Shown: positions 35,901 through 47,704 of the stretch, piece after piece
How the letters are laid out: every line of letters starts with the position of its first letter
Numbering within the stretch: the first letter of the stretch is position 1
Source of the DNA: Macrostomum lignano
Taxonomy: Eukaryota
DNA length: 64,000 nucleotides
Reading direction: 5' to 3'
Assembly: GCA_002269645.1 (NCBI GenBank)
Contig: NIVC01000027.1
Coordinates: 62,001-126,000 of the forward strand
Made by a program: the position numbers and the translations under genes
The notes under the pieces: model-generated
Told to the model about the DNA's origin: nothing
What the model saw: the letters and a program-made list of their open reading frames with translations, nothing else
Database searches by the model: none

Positions 35901-38856
35901 GACACGCATATTTATTTCTGAATGGGAAAGCGGCGCGTGCACTTCGGCGACTGGAATAGAAAAAAAGTACCGCAAGTTAAAAAATTGACAATTAAACTAT
36001 ACCCGCTGCATAACTAATGCGGGCATGTCAGAGATTTTAACAGTTACATGTACAGTTGCATGTTGTTTGCATTATATTTGTAAAGTACATCAGGTAGTGT
36101 ACCGCATGGCGAAAAGTTTGAGTCCTGCACTGCGAGATCAGAGATATTTCTAGTGGATTTTATTTCTAAATTCGAATTTGGCGCGCAATTAATTGACATT
36201 TGTACATATCAATATTTTTGTTACACATCTGCTGCAGCATACTGTACATATACTACTGTACAACAGTTAATGTTTCTTTGGGAAGGGATTTCGTCTACCA
36301 GCTATATATTTTTATCAGAGTTCCTCCTGCTCCAAAAGCTCCAAAACAATTAAGATGCAACTGTATCCACAGCCGTTGCAGGAGTCATGCAGGGACTTAG
36401 CCAATATTTATAAATACAGAGCTGGGCGCAATGCATTTTGTGGGCGTGCATTTTTAGGCAGTTTACATATGCACCAGAGCGCCATTTAATTATTTCGGTA
36501 CATGTATGCGCCAGCACTGTGAGGATTCAATTTATACTACTGAGAAAAGTAGAACAGCTGTAAAGATTTTAATCATAATTCATCTCTCACATACTGTATA
36601 ATATAAACCCCAAAAATGTCACCAGAAAAGAAATTTCTGTGCACACTGAGATCGTGGTGGGAGATCTGACGAAGGCAAATTTAAGCCATGCAGAAACCAC
36701 ACAGCTTCGTGGTCTGCCTACGTGCGAGGTTCGATCCACCGCTTTTATACAGTAATTTGTGTGTAACACAATTTGTGTACCATTTTAGTTGAGTTGGCGG
36801 CAGCGCTTGAAGACATGCAGCTTTTAAGTAAACTACTTTTTCGATAATTTTTTGGCTTTATATTCGCCTGGTTTTAGAGAAATGATGCCAAAATAGAATA
36901 TGAAATGAGCTCAAATGGCAGATGGATGACATCGCAGTGTAGTCCCATCTTTGAATATGATCGGATTATCGGATTAATCGCGCCATTTGTTAAACTCACT
37001 GAAATGAAAAGCAAATGTGCGTCCAAAGAGGTCTCCAAGATTTAAAGGGCTGTTTTAGCGTCTTTAATATTAGACACCCTTTGAGCCATTTGAGCTCTAA
37101 TTCATCTTCCAGGTAGAAGTACATTTTAGCTTTAATTCAAAGCCGAAATCAGTTTCCGTGAGCTTCATCAAAAAGAGAAGAAGAGAAATATTGAAATTTG
37201 CAGGGCCAGCTAATCATAGTAATTTACTGCATATGCAGCCTTTTGCAACTTTTTGAGTCATAGGAAAATAACACTGAGCGCGTGCTCCCCTTTCAGAGGA
37301 TTCCAACCACCCCTTGGCTCTGATCCAATATGCTCAGATCTTTAGAGTAAAAGAGTATCTCCGCCAGCACAGGATTGTTGCAGAAAAGTGTTGGCAATTT
37401 TTAGCCCCTATGTATATAGTCTCCCCGGTTAGCTATAGGGGCATAGAATCAATCTCCCACGATATGAATTAAGGGCCGCAGCTGCCGCCTTCTCAGCTCG
37501 AGGCGGCTCTAGGATATGTGAGCAAAAGACTCATGCTCATACATCTAGCCTGCAAGCGTAATCCCATAACTCTCAATCTCAACTGTGCAGCAACTCAATG
37601 CTTACATATTGTTGCACTGCTGTAGCTATGCTAGTTTACTCTGGGAAGATTTTAGTACATGTTTGCATCAATGAGGTATATGATTGGATTGTGAACTGTG
37701 TACCTAAACAGAGGGGCGTCGCCATGGATATTGTGGTGGTGTGGGGGGGGGGGGCAAAGCTAAAGCAAAAGCAAAGCCAAGAATTCTACATGTAACATTT
37801 ATATAAGTATAGAATTCCTACATATACATTATTTCGAGAATCGGTGTTGTCAGCGCACATTTTGGCGCCGCAAAATGAGGTGGAGGGACAAAGCATTAGC
37901 AAAGCATTAGCCCCCGGTGGCCCCTGTACTATCGTAAAGAAGAACTACATTTTCGAAATGCTATTAAACAGAAAGAGTGACATAAAAATAACAAGATAAA
38001 CAGTGGATTACCCTATACTGTATTATTTGCGACCTGAGAATTGCTCCATATGCTTGTTGCTTTGAGAGCCATCAGTCACAGTCAGCATTTGATATAATGA
38101 GATACCAAAATACATGTAGAGAAAGCTGCAGCATCGATTAGGATCGAATGCATTCACTTATCTCTTATACGTCGTATAATAGAGCGACATATGATAAACT
38201 ACAGTGCATCCTAGCATGTACATGAAGCTTACAGAAGCACGCTCAAGAACAGCTAACAACCCAGGATCAAACGGACAGTATTTGAATTCCATGGCGCGAT
38301 TGTCTTCCGCTGCTCCGGTTTCTAATGGCCTGCTCACGAGATCATGCAAATGAGAGTCTCTGCAAGAACCCTGCCTTGAATGGGGACCCAGAGGAAGATG
38401 GCAACTATAACTATGCCTATGAAACTGGAAGTCCCCATCAAGCATCATGTCCCTGAGGGCAGTCCAGCCGCCTTTATCTAGGCTAGAGCTGCGGCTCAGC
38501 CATTCATTCTTAGCGACGACTGCCCGCGGAAATTGGAGAAGGGATCGAGCGCCGCTGCATGGCTTGCGCATCCCCATCCCTTTAGCTGCGCGGCTAAACG
38601 AGTTCTTGAACGGCTAATCCCTTTTCTTTTCGCGAGGCCGCGCGAGCTTGTCCGGGAGTGCCTGCTGCTGGACGGGGATTGGATGGGCCAAGTCCCTGTG
38701 GGGTAAGACAGATATGCTTTGCTCTTCTAAGACAGTAGAAGTATGGGAAAATCGGACGGCCCCGATCGGAGTGCGACGGCCAGCATCGAGAAAATCTCAA
38801 AGCCCAGCAAACCAAATTAGGTCACAAAACATATCGGCAACAGATCCGATACTAAA

Positions 38857-39363
38857 ATGCTGATATGGCCAATTCACGTTGCTATTGCTCTACTGTTCAT
38901 CGCACTGCTTCTGGGTTCCTTCATCTGCTATCATTGCAAGCGACGGCGTAGCCGTTGCGAACGCGGCGGACTAACCATGGCAAGAAGTTACCAGCAGCAC
39001 CAGCATCACAAAAACCAGTTGCATCATCATCATCAGCATCATCATCATCAACGGGCGCACATTCAACACCAGCAGTGCCCGCAGCAGCGGCATATTGGTG
39101 GTTTCTTACAGCACGAACGGGACTGGGGCGAGGCCGCCTTCGGCAGCGGCAGTTTCGGCGGAGGTGGCGGCGTTGGCAGCTCAGGCGCACCGGCAAGACC
39201 GGGACGCGCCCACCGTGCGCTCAGTCAAGGCCCGGCCGGTTTCAATGTAATCTTCAGCGGAGGTGCGCGCGGTCTCGGCGGAGGAGGAGGCAGCGCTAGC
39301 GGCAGCGGCGGCGGCAGCAGCGGGATCCCAGGAGGGGTTGGCGGATTACACTTGGACCGTTGA
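38857..39363 (+). CDS. Orphan single-pass membrane protein with His/Gln-rich and Gly-rich tail, 168 aa
   Basis: AAAATG start; N-terminal hydrophobic helix followed by CYHCKRRR; GC-rich island in AT-rich DNA; no family motif recognised. Confidence 0.5.
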   Translation: MLIWPIHVAIALLFIALLLGSFICYHCKRRRSRCERGGLTMARSYQQHQHHKNQLHHHHQHHHHQRAHIQHQQCPQQRHIGGFLQHERDWGEAAFGSGSFGGGGGVGSSGAPARPGRAHRALSQGPAGFNVIFSGGARGLGGGGGSASGSGGGSSGIPGGVGGLHLDR

Positions 39364-40689
39364 TTTCGTTAAGTTATACTTCCAGTATATTACTCGTAGT
39401 TAATAGTAGAAATCCATGAAATTTCAGTTTTGTTGTAATTTGCAATTTCAGTGAATGCGATGTCGTGTTTACTGGGACCATTTTGTGCAGTTTTTAATTC
39501 AAGCCATCAGAAACTTCAAGCTTTCACGAGCAAAGAGAGTTTTATTAGTTCATGATAATTGCTTTGAAATTTATAAAGCGCCAACTGATACGAGTATTTA
39601 ACATTGCCACTTTCTTAATCCAAACCCCAAGACGCATTCGGATTCAGGAAAGTCTGTCTGATGATCATAATTCTCTACCATTGGCTTTGTGCTCTGAGGC
39701 GTAAGATTTCTAAAAGTTCAGTTTGAGCCTCCGAGAGTGTTCGGTTTGAAGTTTTCATGGAACCATGATTTTGAAATAAATTTGCCACTATTTTCTTTCG
39801 GATGATTAATAGATAAGTTTTGTACAGATGAATCACAAATATCAGAAGCAAAAAGTTTTTATTTGTCCCAATTTATTGCCTGAAAAAGAAGCAAGCAGCG
39901 CCCTCAGAAGCTTTAGAAGCACTGCATATGAACAAAACTAATTCGAACTTGTTGCTAAAGCAAGTCTAACGGGCAACTGCTAGCATTACTGCATCAGATC
40001 CCGCCGGTTTAGGTAACCAGTTTTGGCTGCGGGCCCGGCCAGTAGCCGCCCATGCAGGCCCGTCTCACATGACAGGCCGCAAAAATCTGACATGGCAAAC
40101 CAGCCAAAAGTTGAAGCTCGAACTGGCCTGATAACTGTTCTATTGGATGCTTTGTTGTCTCTCTGCCCGGCACAGAAATTTGGGTTTAATTGATGAGGCA
40201 CGGGAGTTGCCAGGGTAGCCGGAGGCTGTGTATCTAATCTTGCACCGAGAGGGGAGGCACTTACCCCCCCCCCCTTCACGTGCAAGCTGCTGCTTCAGAG
40301 TTGCAGTTTAGCAAAGTGCGTTCATCCCTTGGCTTTATAATATTGTATAGAAAGATTGCGTCTACTTCTTGTGCTTCATTGCTACATGGCGATATGCGAT
40401 GTAAAAACTGGGAAGAAAATGCTCCATTATTTAGGGAAAACACAAGAGAAAATCCAACTAATCCCAATTCTTAAAACTGTTGCGATTGACGGGTTTTATG
40501 CTGTGTTGAAAAAAAAAACAGTGGACGATAACGAGAGCAACCACAAGGCGCAAGTGACGGCGACACTTCTTTGACGTAAGGACACTTTTGATGACGACTT
40601 CTTAATCTATCAGAAGTGCTTCTGCAAACTGCACTATTAGTTTGTTAGAAAATGTGGTAAAATAAGCTGGAAGCGCTTTTAGAGATAGA

Positions 40690-41075
40690 GGGGGCGTAGC
40701 CTAGTGGTCTGGCTCGGTTCTCTGACGTGCCAGCGGCCCAGGCTCGATTCCCAGTGCAGTTAGTCACATTAATTTGGGGCTAAACTGGAATCTTGGCTTG
40801 GGTCTGGTTGTGCAATTAACGGCCTGAGGGCCAACCCCCAAAGGCACAGTGAAGTGTACATGTTGCGGGCATGGTAATGTGCGACCGTTTGTAGAGGCAG
40901 GGGCTGTGTGCACCCTGGCGCACTTTAAGCGACATTGTCACACATCCATCGAGAGGCATTGCTGCCCATTCCGCCGACTCCCCTGAGCAGACACACAAGC
41001 GCGCGGATACGTACGCAGTCATACGCACAGGCACACACTCACACAGGAGTGTACAGCGGCCTTAACTTTATTTAT
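40690..41075 (+). mobile_element. tRNA-derived SINE, probable full copy
   Basis: Head GGGGCGTAGCCTAGTGG (A box) ... GGCTCGATTCC (B-box-like); no closing acceptor stem; ends in a TTTATTTAT tail. Confidence 0.65.
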
Positions 41076-41082
41076 CGTTAGG

Positions 41083-41245
41083 CATGTACACTTCACTACT
41101 GGGGGTTGGGCCTCAGTGGCGTTACTTGCACAAGCAGAGCCAAGCCGCGATTCCAATTTATCCCCGAATTAATGTGACCACTTGAAATCGCGCCTGGGCC
41201 GCTGGCACGTCAGAGAACCGAGCCAGACCACTAGGCTACGGCCCC
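41083..41245 (-). mobile_element. tRNA-derived SINE 5' part, inverted copy
   Basis: Reverse complement matches 40690-40862 (GTAGCCTAGTGGTCTGGCTCGGTTCTCTGACGTGCCAGCGGCCCAGG ... GTGAAGTGTACATG). Confidence 0.75.
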
Positions 41246-42388
41246 ATTACCCTAATGTAGCGTCCTGCCCTTTCGTGTGCGCAACCCCGATAAACATTTT
41301 GTTTGGCCAACTGGGGACAAACCGTGGTGGTCTCTGCTGGTATTTTTTCGCCACGTTCTGTCGCAAACCAACGGCTTGTTAATTAAGAGGTTCTCATTCT
41401 ACTTGCTACGAGATCATCGTAAATCCTAAATCATCATGGGACCGGTTTGCTACTGTGTAAGCTGCAGGGCGGCTCTGCTTCTCTGCTTCTTCTAAAGGCG
41501 GGCGTGGGACGGAAGCTCCGAAGTACGGATACATGTAAGTAGAAGCATAAACACATCAGTAAGCATTAATAATTCAATATTATTTAAACAATTTGAAATT
41601 CTTGCAACTACTAAAGTAGCAGAACACTTCATTTAGCTAGGTAGAGACTCTCAAATGTAGTTTTTCTTTTATACAATCACTGTCAATAAATATAACTGAT
41701 AGGTGGTGTTGAAATTGAAATTAATCGGACAGCTTGATAGCAAGATATAAATTTTTAATCTGAAAGGTTAGAAAAATAAATAAACTCTAAGATTTAACAA
41801 TGTGAACAAATCTATAAGTTTGATAGAACAATGTAACTACACACAGACACAGGTAGGTGTATCAAGTATTACATGTATACAACCGTCACATACTCGTATT
41901 TAGTTTAATTACGAGTATAGTCAATTTAAAGTATAACTAACTATTCAAAGTAGTATATTATTCAATCAAGCATACTGTCGATAAAGTTATGATGCGTGTT
42001 TGCAAGTAAACTGCAAGGACTACTTGAGTAGAAGGATGGGAGAGTACGTTTTATGGAAATCTTTAGGAGGAAGTTTTTTTACGAGTAACCAAAAAACAGC
42101 ACATTACCACACACGGAGAATGGAGATTTTATTTTTTTCAGAACAGAAAATTTGTTATTGCTTTTGATAGAAAGCAGACCCAGTGTTCATCTTCTGATAT
42201 GTCTTGCCTTTCTTATAGCTTTATTGATATTCATTTTTGTTTAGAAAATTCGGATCATATATTAATCTCATATCCTACGTACAAGACTTGAGCCTGAAAA
42301 TAATAGAAATGATACAGCTCGACTCATTGGTTTTATGCATGCATTATAATCATTTTAGCTAACTGTGTAACCAAATGTGTAATAAATT

Positions 42389-44406
42389 TCATTCCAAATT
42401 TCCTTCCAATCCAATTGAGTCTGTTTTCACAACCCAAAGCTCTTCATCCTTGGCTTCGCATTCAGCTCTCCGCTGTTCTTTGGACTTCTTCCAGCGCCGG
42501 CAAAACAGCTGTCTGCAGCCGATCTCAAGTACGAACAGGGTGTAAAGACGGTTGCTGAGAATTAAATAACGCATGTTCTTCTTGGACGTAGTCACCGACT
42601 CAGATAGCAATGCGACTAGGAAGTTGAAACTAACCAAGACCACAATGAGATGCACGATGGCGAGAACGATGCCCAGTCGGTGCTGCGAGGCCTCGGAGAA
42701 AGACAACGAGTTGATTGCTCGGTAGAAGCCCAGCGCCAGGCCCAGGGGCCCAAGCCGGTCTGGGAACACCGGGTCGCAGGGTATAATTAGTGCCACCAAC
42801 CAAGAGCAAATAAGAACAATGGCTGCCACCGCGAATGTAAAGGTAAAGATGCTGCCGATGCAGCACCAGATCACCATGAGCGGGTCAATAAGCATCAGCC
42901 AATCGAATATGAGTCCGATTCCGCAGAAGCCATACAGCACGCATATGAACATATCTAGAAATCGAACTTCCAACTCCCAGCTCGATAGGAAGCTGGACGG
43001 ATCGATAGCTTCATTAAGTCGCTGCTTGAGAACTAGATTCAACGGTATCGATATAAGCGTAACGAAAACGGCCACGTGCGGAAGAAGGATGACAGCTATG
43101 CACCTGAAGTGTCTCAATAGGGCCACCAGATGCGACATGTCTGAAACAGCAAAAATAACAACTCTGAAAATGAACAGCTCTTGAACAGATCGTAGCCAGT
43201 TCATCGGGTTCTGACACAGTTGAATCACAATTTGCATCATTAGAACTTAACTAGAAACAAAAGTGCTTGATTTTCCATGTGCAAGAGGATATCTTTATGA
43301 AATAGTATAATGATCCTCAACCCAAGCAGCTCTAGCATCTCACCTGGAATTTTGGTAACGCGAATGTAGGCGTGGAAAAAAGCAATCACGGAGCAGAATT
43401 CGGCAAAATAAGCAGCCAACACAAGCCAACCCAAAACGCGACCAATCTGGCTGTCTAGAAAGCCACGCAGCGATGTTTGCAAATAGTATCCACTGCAGCT
43501 GGTCGTCCCGTTCTCAGTCTTCGGTTTGTGAACTTTCCCAGTTAGATCGATGTAGAAATCCGCGTAAACCATTATCAAAACCAGCGCTTTAACAATGGTG
43601 CCAAGGAAGGCTTTAACAAGGAATAGGCGCTGTCGTTTTTGAAGCAGCCTCTTGGACCAGTGAGATATTATCTGGGAGTCCCAGAAAGCTCGCATAGGAT
43701 CTGTTAGATTGTAAATAGAGTCAAGCGACAGCGTATTGAGCGGATGCTTAGCAGTTCTTTGTCCCTCTGGCAGTGAGTAATCACTCAGATCCAATCGGAG
43801 CATCTGCGTTGCAGCAACTGTTCTCGACTCGACTCGATAGATTGGCGAGTTGTGTACAATCCACGATGCGATGCAATACTTCCGAGCGGTAACAGCCTCC
43901 TCTAGAGCGTTTCGTCCAGTGGAGAGATTATCAACCCTGAGGCACCAGTCAGTCAGAGCTGGAAGCGTTTGCAACATGGTCTGCAGAAAGGTCACTGCAG
44001 CCGTCTCTGCAAGTTGGCAATCGTCGCTGTCAACTTCAGACACTTCGGAAAGTTGCAATTTCGTCAACAGGCAGTGAACGGGTAGCGGTATTGTTTTGGC
44101 CATAGACAGTTGACCAAGCAGCTTCAAAACAGTCGCCTCGTCAGTAAGCAGGTGTCGCAGACATTTGACGGACATGGCGCAAAATGCTGTTTCCAATAGG
44201 GTGCAGTGCTCGGATAGAAACCGTAGCTGCGGTGCCTTGGGACTTTCCAATGGACATGTCCAGGGTAGTGGCATCAGCAAGAGCTCCTCATGGCTACTAA
44301 ACAGTTCAGAACGGTTGCCAAGTTGTAGTAAGCACAACAGATCAACATCATCATCTGCTAGAAGAATACTGATTAGACGTTGTTTAAATTGCTCTTCACT
44401 TTCCAT
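42389..44406 (-). CDS. Divergent TRP(V)-like cation channel, about 672 aa if the frame is restored; two ORFs joined at TAATG (43238-43242)
   Basis: Ankyrin-like GRNALEEAV; many TM segments; S6-like VVLVSFNFLVALLSES, followed by a TRP-helix-like RYLILSNRLYTLFVLE. One extra base at AAGTTCTAATG gives continuous ...LVKFLMMQIV.... Confidence 0.7.
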
Positions 44407-45609
44407 GAAACAAGTTCTGGCTCGTATTACAGAATATAATGCAGACAAAATAATTCTGGCTAATATAGCTAGCACTGAGTTTTCCAACACAAAATAGAAG
44501 CTAGAAAAACTTGGAGTTACATTTCTGTGACAGGGCAGCTAGGGTTTATAAAGGAGCAATACGCGTGTTGTCCCACTTCATTCGCAAACATTTAGCTATA
44601 CCCCATTGTGCAAATAGTACTTCATCAAACAACGGACAGATTTGCGTTGGTTACCAGTTAGACTGCTCTGCCTATGCTGCTGTGACGTGATCATACAGAA
44701 ATTAAGAGTGAATCAATTGCACCGCTTATTTATATAGGATCGAGAGAGCCTCATGTCCGTCCGCATGAATATAAAGTCAAAAAGCTTACTGTGGGAGCAG
44801 GAAAGAGGACGATGAGTGCTCGCTTCAGAGGGAAGGGTGAACTCTGTTTGTTTCATTGACCTGCTGGTCCTTGCGACCCCATGTGTTCACATTGAGTGCC
44901 TACCGGGAGTGTGGCAGGAGTGCAAATATTGGCCGATGAAAGAAGCGGCAGGAACGATTTTGGGTTTGTCGGGTTTGAAAATTTTAGGTTGAACTCAATG
45001 TACGTTGCCACAGCTCTCGTCGTCTCTAATTTAATCTACGAGCTAAATGTATTTATTTCCCGCGTTATCATTATCCATATTTGTCTGCAGATACCTCTAA
45101 TTAGACGAACTTTTTCCGCCTTTCTGTTGAATTTCAAATTACATGTAAGAGTTACGAGTTGCGTCGAGACGAAGCCTTATGGCTCGCTTCTGCCCCGAGC
45201 AACCCCTATCACACCCTGTACGACCTAGTTTGCATAGCGTGTATGAATCTAGAATACTAACTGCATGAAAGTGAAGCCTATTTAGGAGTGTACATACCCC
45301 GAGCCGAGTGAAGAATCTTTCATTTCTTTTCCCCAAGCGAATATGGATTTGAATAAGTTTTGTTTTAAGAAAAAATCATCAAATTTATTTAATTACTGAA
45401 AAAAATAATATAGCTTTTGGCAGCCCATTTGGGCCTACGCGCATTGAATTTAATCCAAGATACGTTTGCCAATGTAATGAAGCTTTTGTCTATGGCAGCA
45501 AGGCTGGCGCAGCAGCATTTAATTTAGTCCAACAAGCATCAAATTGGTCCATAGCTTCATTTAAAATTGCTGCGGAGGAGCAAGATCAGCCCCAGAATTG
45601 CGGACCATA

Positions 45610-46000
45610 TGCCAGGCTTTAGAACAAATGCCAGAGGTGAACACCCAAAGGACATTGCAAGGTTGCTGAATGTAAAAGAAAAGGTGGTTTACAACATCCA
45701 GCAGCGCCTTAAAACTCTGCCGGCAGAGATTGTCTGCGAAAGGGTGGCAATCGCCAAGGCAAGTTGCTCGAGAGCCTCAGGTCCAACTGCTACTCGATGC
45801 AGTGGAGACGAACCCTTTGTTGACGTTGCAGAAAATGCAGCAGAAGTTGAAGGAACAGCTCCAGTTGGTTATCAGATTTGGACTATCAGCAGAGCTCTGG
45901 AAAAGCGACTGAAAATTGTTGGTAGAGACGCTGACATTCCAGCGGTACTCAACAGCCCGCAGGCGGTTGCGAGGAGGCAAGAGTTTGCCGAATGGCTCAC
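45610..46000 (+). mobile_element. Tc1/IS630-like transposase N-terminal relic with multiple frameshifts
   Basis: HTH GEHPKDIARLLNVKEKVVYNIQQR, then KGGNRQGKL, VETNPLLTLQKMQQKL and LNSPQAVARRQEFAEW in successive frames. Confidence 0.6.
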
Positions 46001-46226
46001 GAGCGCTTGGGCCAAATTGATGCTTGCTGGATCAAACTATCTCATAAACGCCACTGCGCCAGCCTTGCTACCATAGACAAAAGCTGCATTACATTGGCAA
46101 ACGTGTCTTGGATTAAATTTAATGCGCGTAAGCAGTTAAAATTATTTGGGAACTTTCTATCATATGAGCATAGAGCCTTGCTGACCTTGCTGATGTAAGT
46201 AGTTTAAAAGGTTATTATATAACTTT

Positions 46227-47581
46227 TGTTGTGCCCGGGTGCACTTGCACCGATGAGCAATCTCTGGCTCTAGGTCAAAGTGTGCCCGGCTCTGCACTCC
46301 CACCCCCTGGCCGCGGGCGATCGCGGTTGGGGAAGCCGAGTTGGATGGGCGGAATGCGGCACTGGACTGGGAGCAACAAAAAGCAGCGGTTGTGTTGCAA
46401 GTGCAACTGGCCAGGGAGCGAGAACTGCCTCTGTTGGTGCGACTGTGGGAACGGCGCCGGGTTTCAGGCGAGCAGGGTGTGTCGGTCTGGGACGAGTTCG
46501 TGCAACTTCTCGGCGACAATGGCTTCGTGAAAGGTTGCATTCTGATCACCGAGTCGTCGGACTGGCCCGGAGACACTCTATGATTGTACCTGGCTACGTT
46601 ACAGGGCCTCAAGTTCGAGGTCACCGCTCGGATGGTACACAGCCGCTGGCATGCGCGACGCATCCCTGTCCTGCCCTCGAAGCGGCTCCTGCTGGCGTCA
46701 GCAGCACCATTCGCGGGAAACCCGGCAAAACCGACGGAAGTTCGCGAAGTGGCGACTTGGCTGGCAGCGGAGCGCGGCGATAAGACCCTGCCGGCCCAAC
46801 TGATGTTGAGAGTGCGAGACTTTTATGCGCTTTAATTTTTAGTCTATGGTATGAACCCTCTTTTTGTGGTGGGGGAGGGTGTTGTGCCCGGGTGCACTTG
46901 CACCGATGAGCAATCTCTGGCTCTCGGTCAAAGTGTGCCCGGCTCTGCACTCCCACCCCCCGGCCGCGTGCCTGCGCCAACCCCCCATTCTGTCTGCGCT
47001 AAACACCCCCCCCCAGTTGTGTATCAGCCCTTATTCTCTGCCCCCTTCTCTTATTATGCGTACCCATCCGGATTGGCTGGCCTGGCCCCTCTCTCCCCCT
47101 TTTTGTTAGCACTTGTCAATTCCCTTGTCCCTTGTCAGTTGGTGATTGGCCAACAAGTTGGTTGTTGATATAATGCTGTCTGGCGTGAGACCCTAGGGCT
47201 TACGCCAGGCAGCCTAAATAAATAGAGAATTGCTGGCGGTGGGCAGGGTGAGCGTGTGCCCGTTGACACCTGACACTAGACTCTACAGAATCAACAAACT
47301 TCAAAATCGAAATCTCAATACTACTAATTGACGCACTCGCTGCCTTGCTCACCGCCGTGCCGATTGGAAGTCAAAGTAAGACTCACGTCTGTGTTCATTA
47401 ATCATTTGGGTCTCGAGCAAAGTGGGTACCGTACGCTCTAGGGACGGACTGACTGCCTTACCTCGACGCGATCCCACGCTCAGTAGCGGAGTCAGTCCGG
47501 TCAGTGGGCTGACGCCATCTCCAGGCTCGTTCGCTGCAGAACAATCTTAGGGAGCTGTTGGATCACGTGTAGTGCACAACA
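46227..47581 (+). mobile_element. Internally deleted LTR retrotransposon (Gypsy-like): 89 bp of 5' LTR, about 560 bp of 3' internal region, PPT, full 702-bp 3' LTR (46880-47581)
   Basis: 46227-46315 is repeated at 46880-46968 with 2 mismatches. Purine tract GGTGGGGGAGGG directly precedes TG. Termini TGTTGTGC...GCACAACA. 4-bp TSD CTTT (46223-26, 47582-85). Confidence 0.85.
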
Positions 47582-47704
47582 CTTTCAAAAAGCACAGTTT
47601 CAAGTTTTGTCGATGAAAGTGTGATAACACAGGGAGTTTTAAAGATGTACCGGTATATTGTTTAATTGTCGAACAGATTGAAATTTAGGTAAAGAATGGT
47701 CTGA

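Noticed and set aside
38158-38577. 139-aa minus-strand ORF in GC-rich DNA
   Set aside because: No recognisable motif or splice support; a non-LTR retroelement fragment could not be confirmed
40690-40765. Possible tRNA gene
   Set aside because: A/B boxes are present, but the 3' acceptor strand does not pair with the 5' end and the sequence continues into a shared SINE body
47400-47420. CATTTGGGTCTCG as LTR end plus primer-binding site
   Set aside because: The true terminus is GCACAACA at 47574-81, followed by the CTTT TSD, so this site is internal to the LTR
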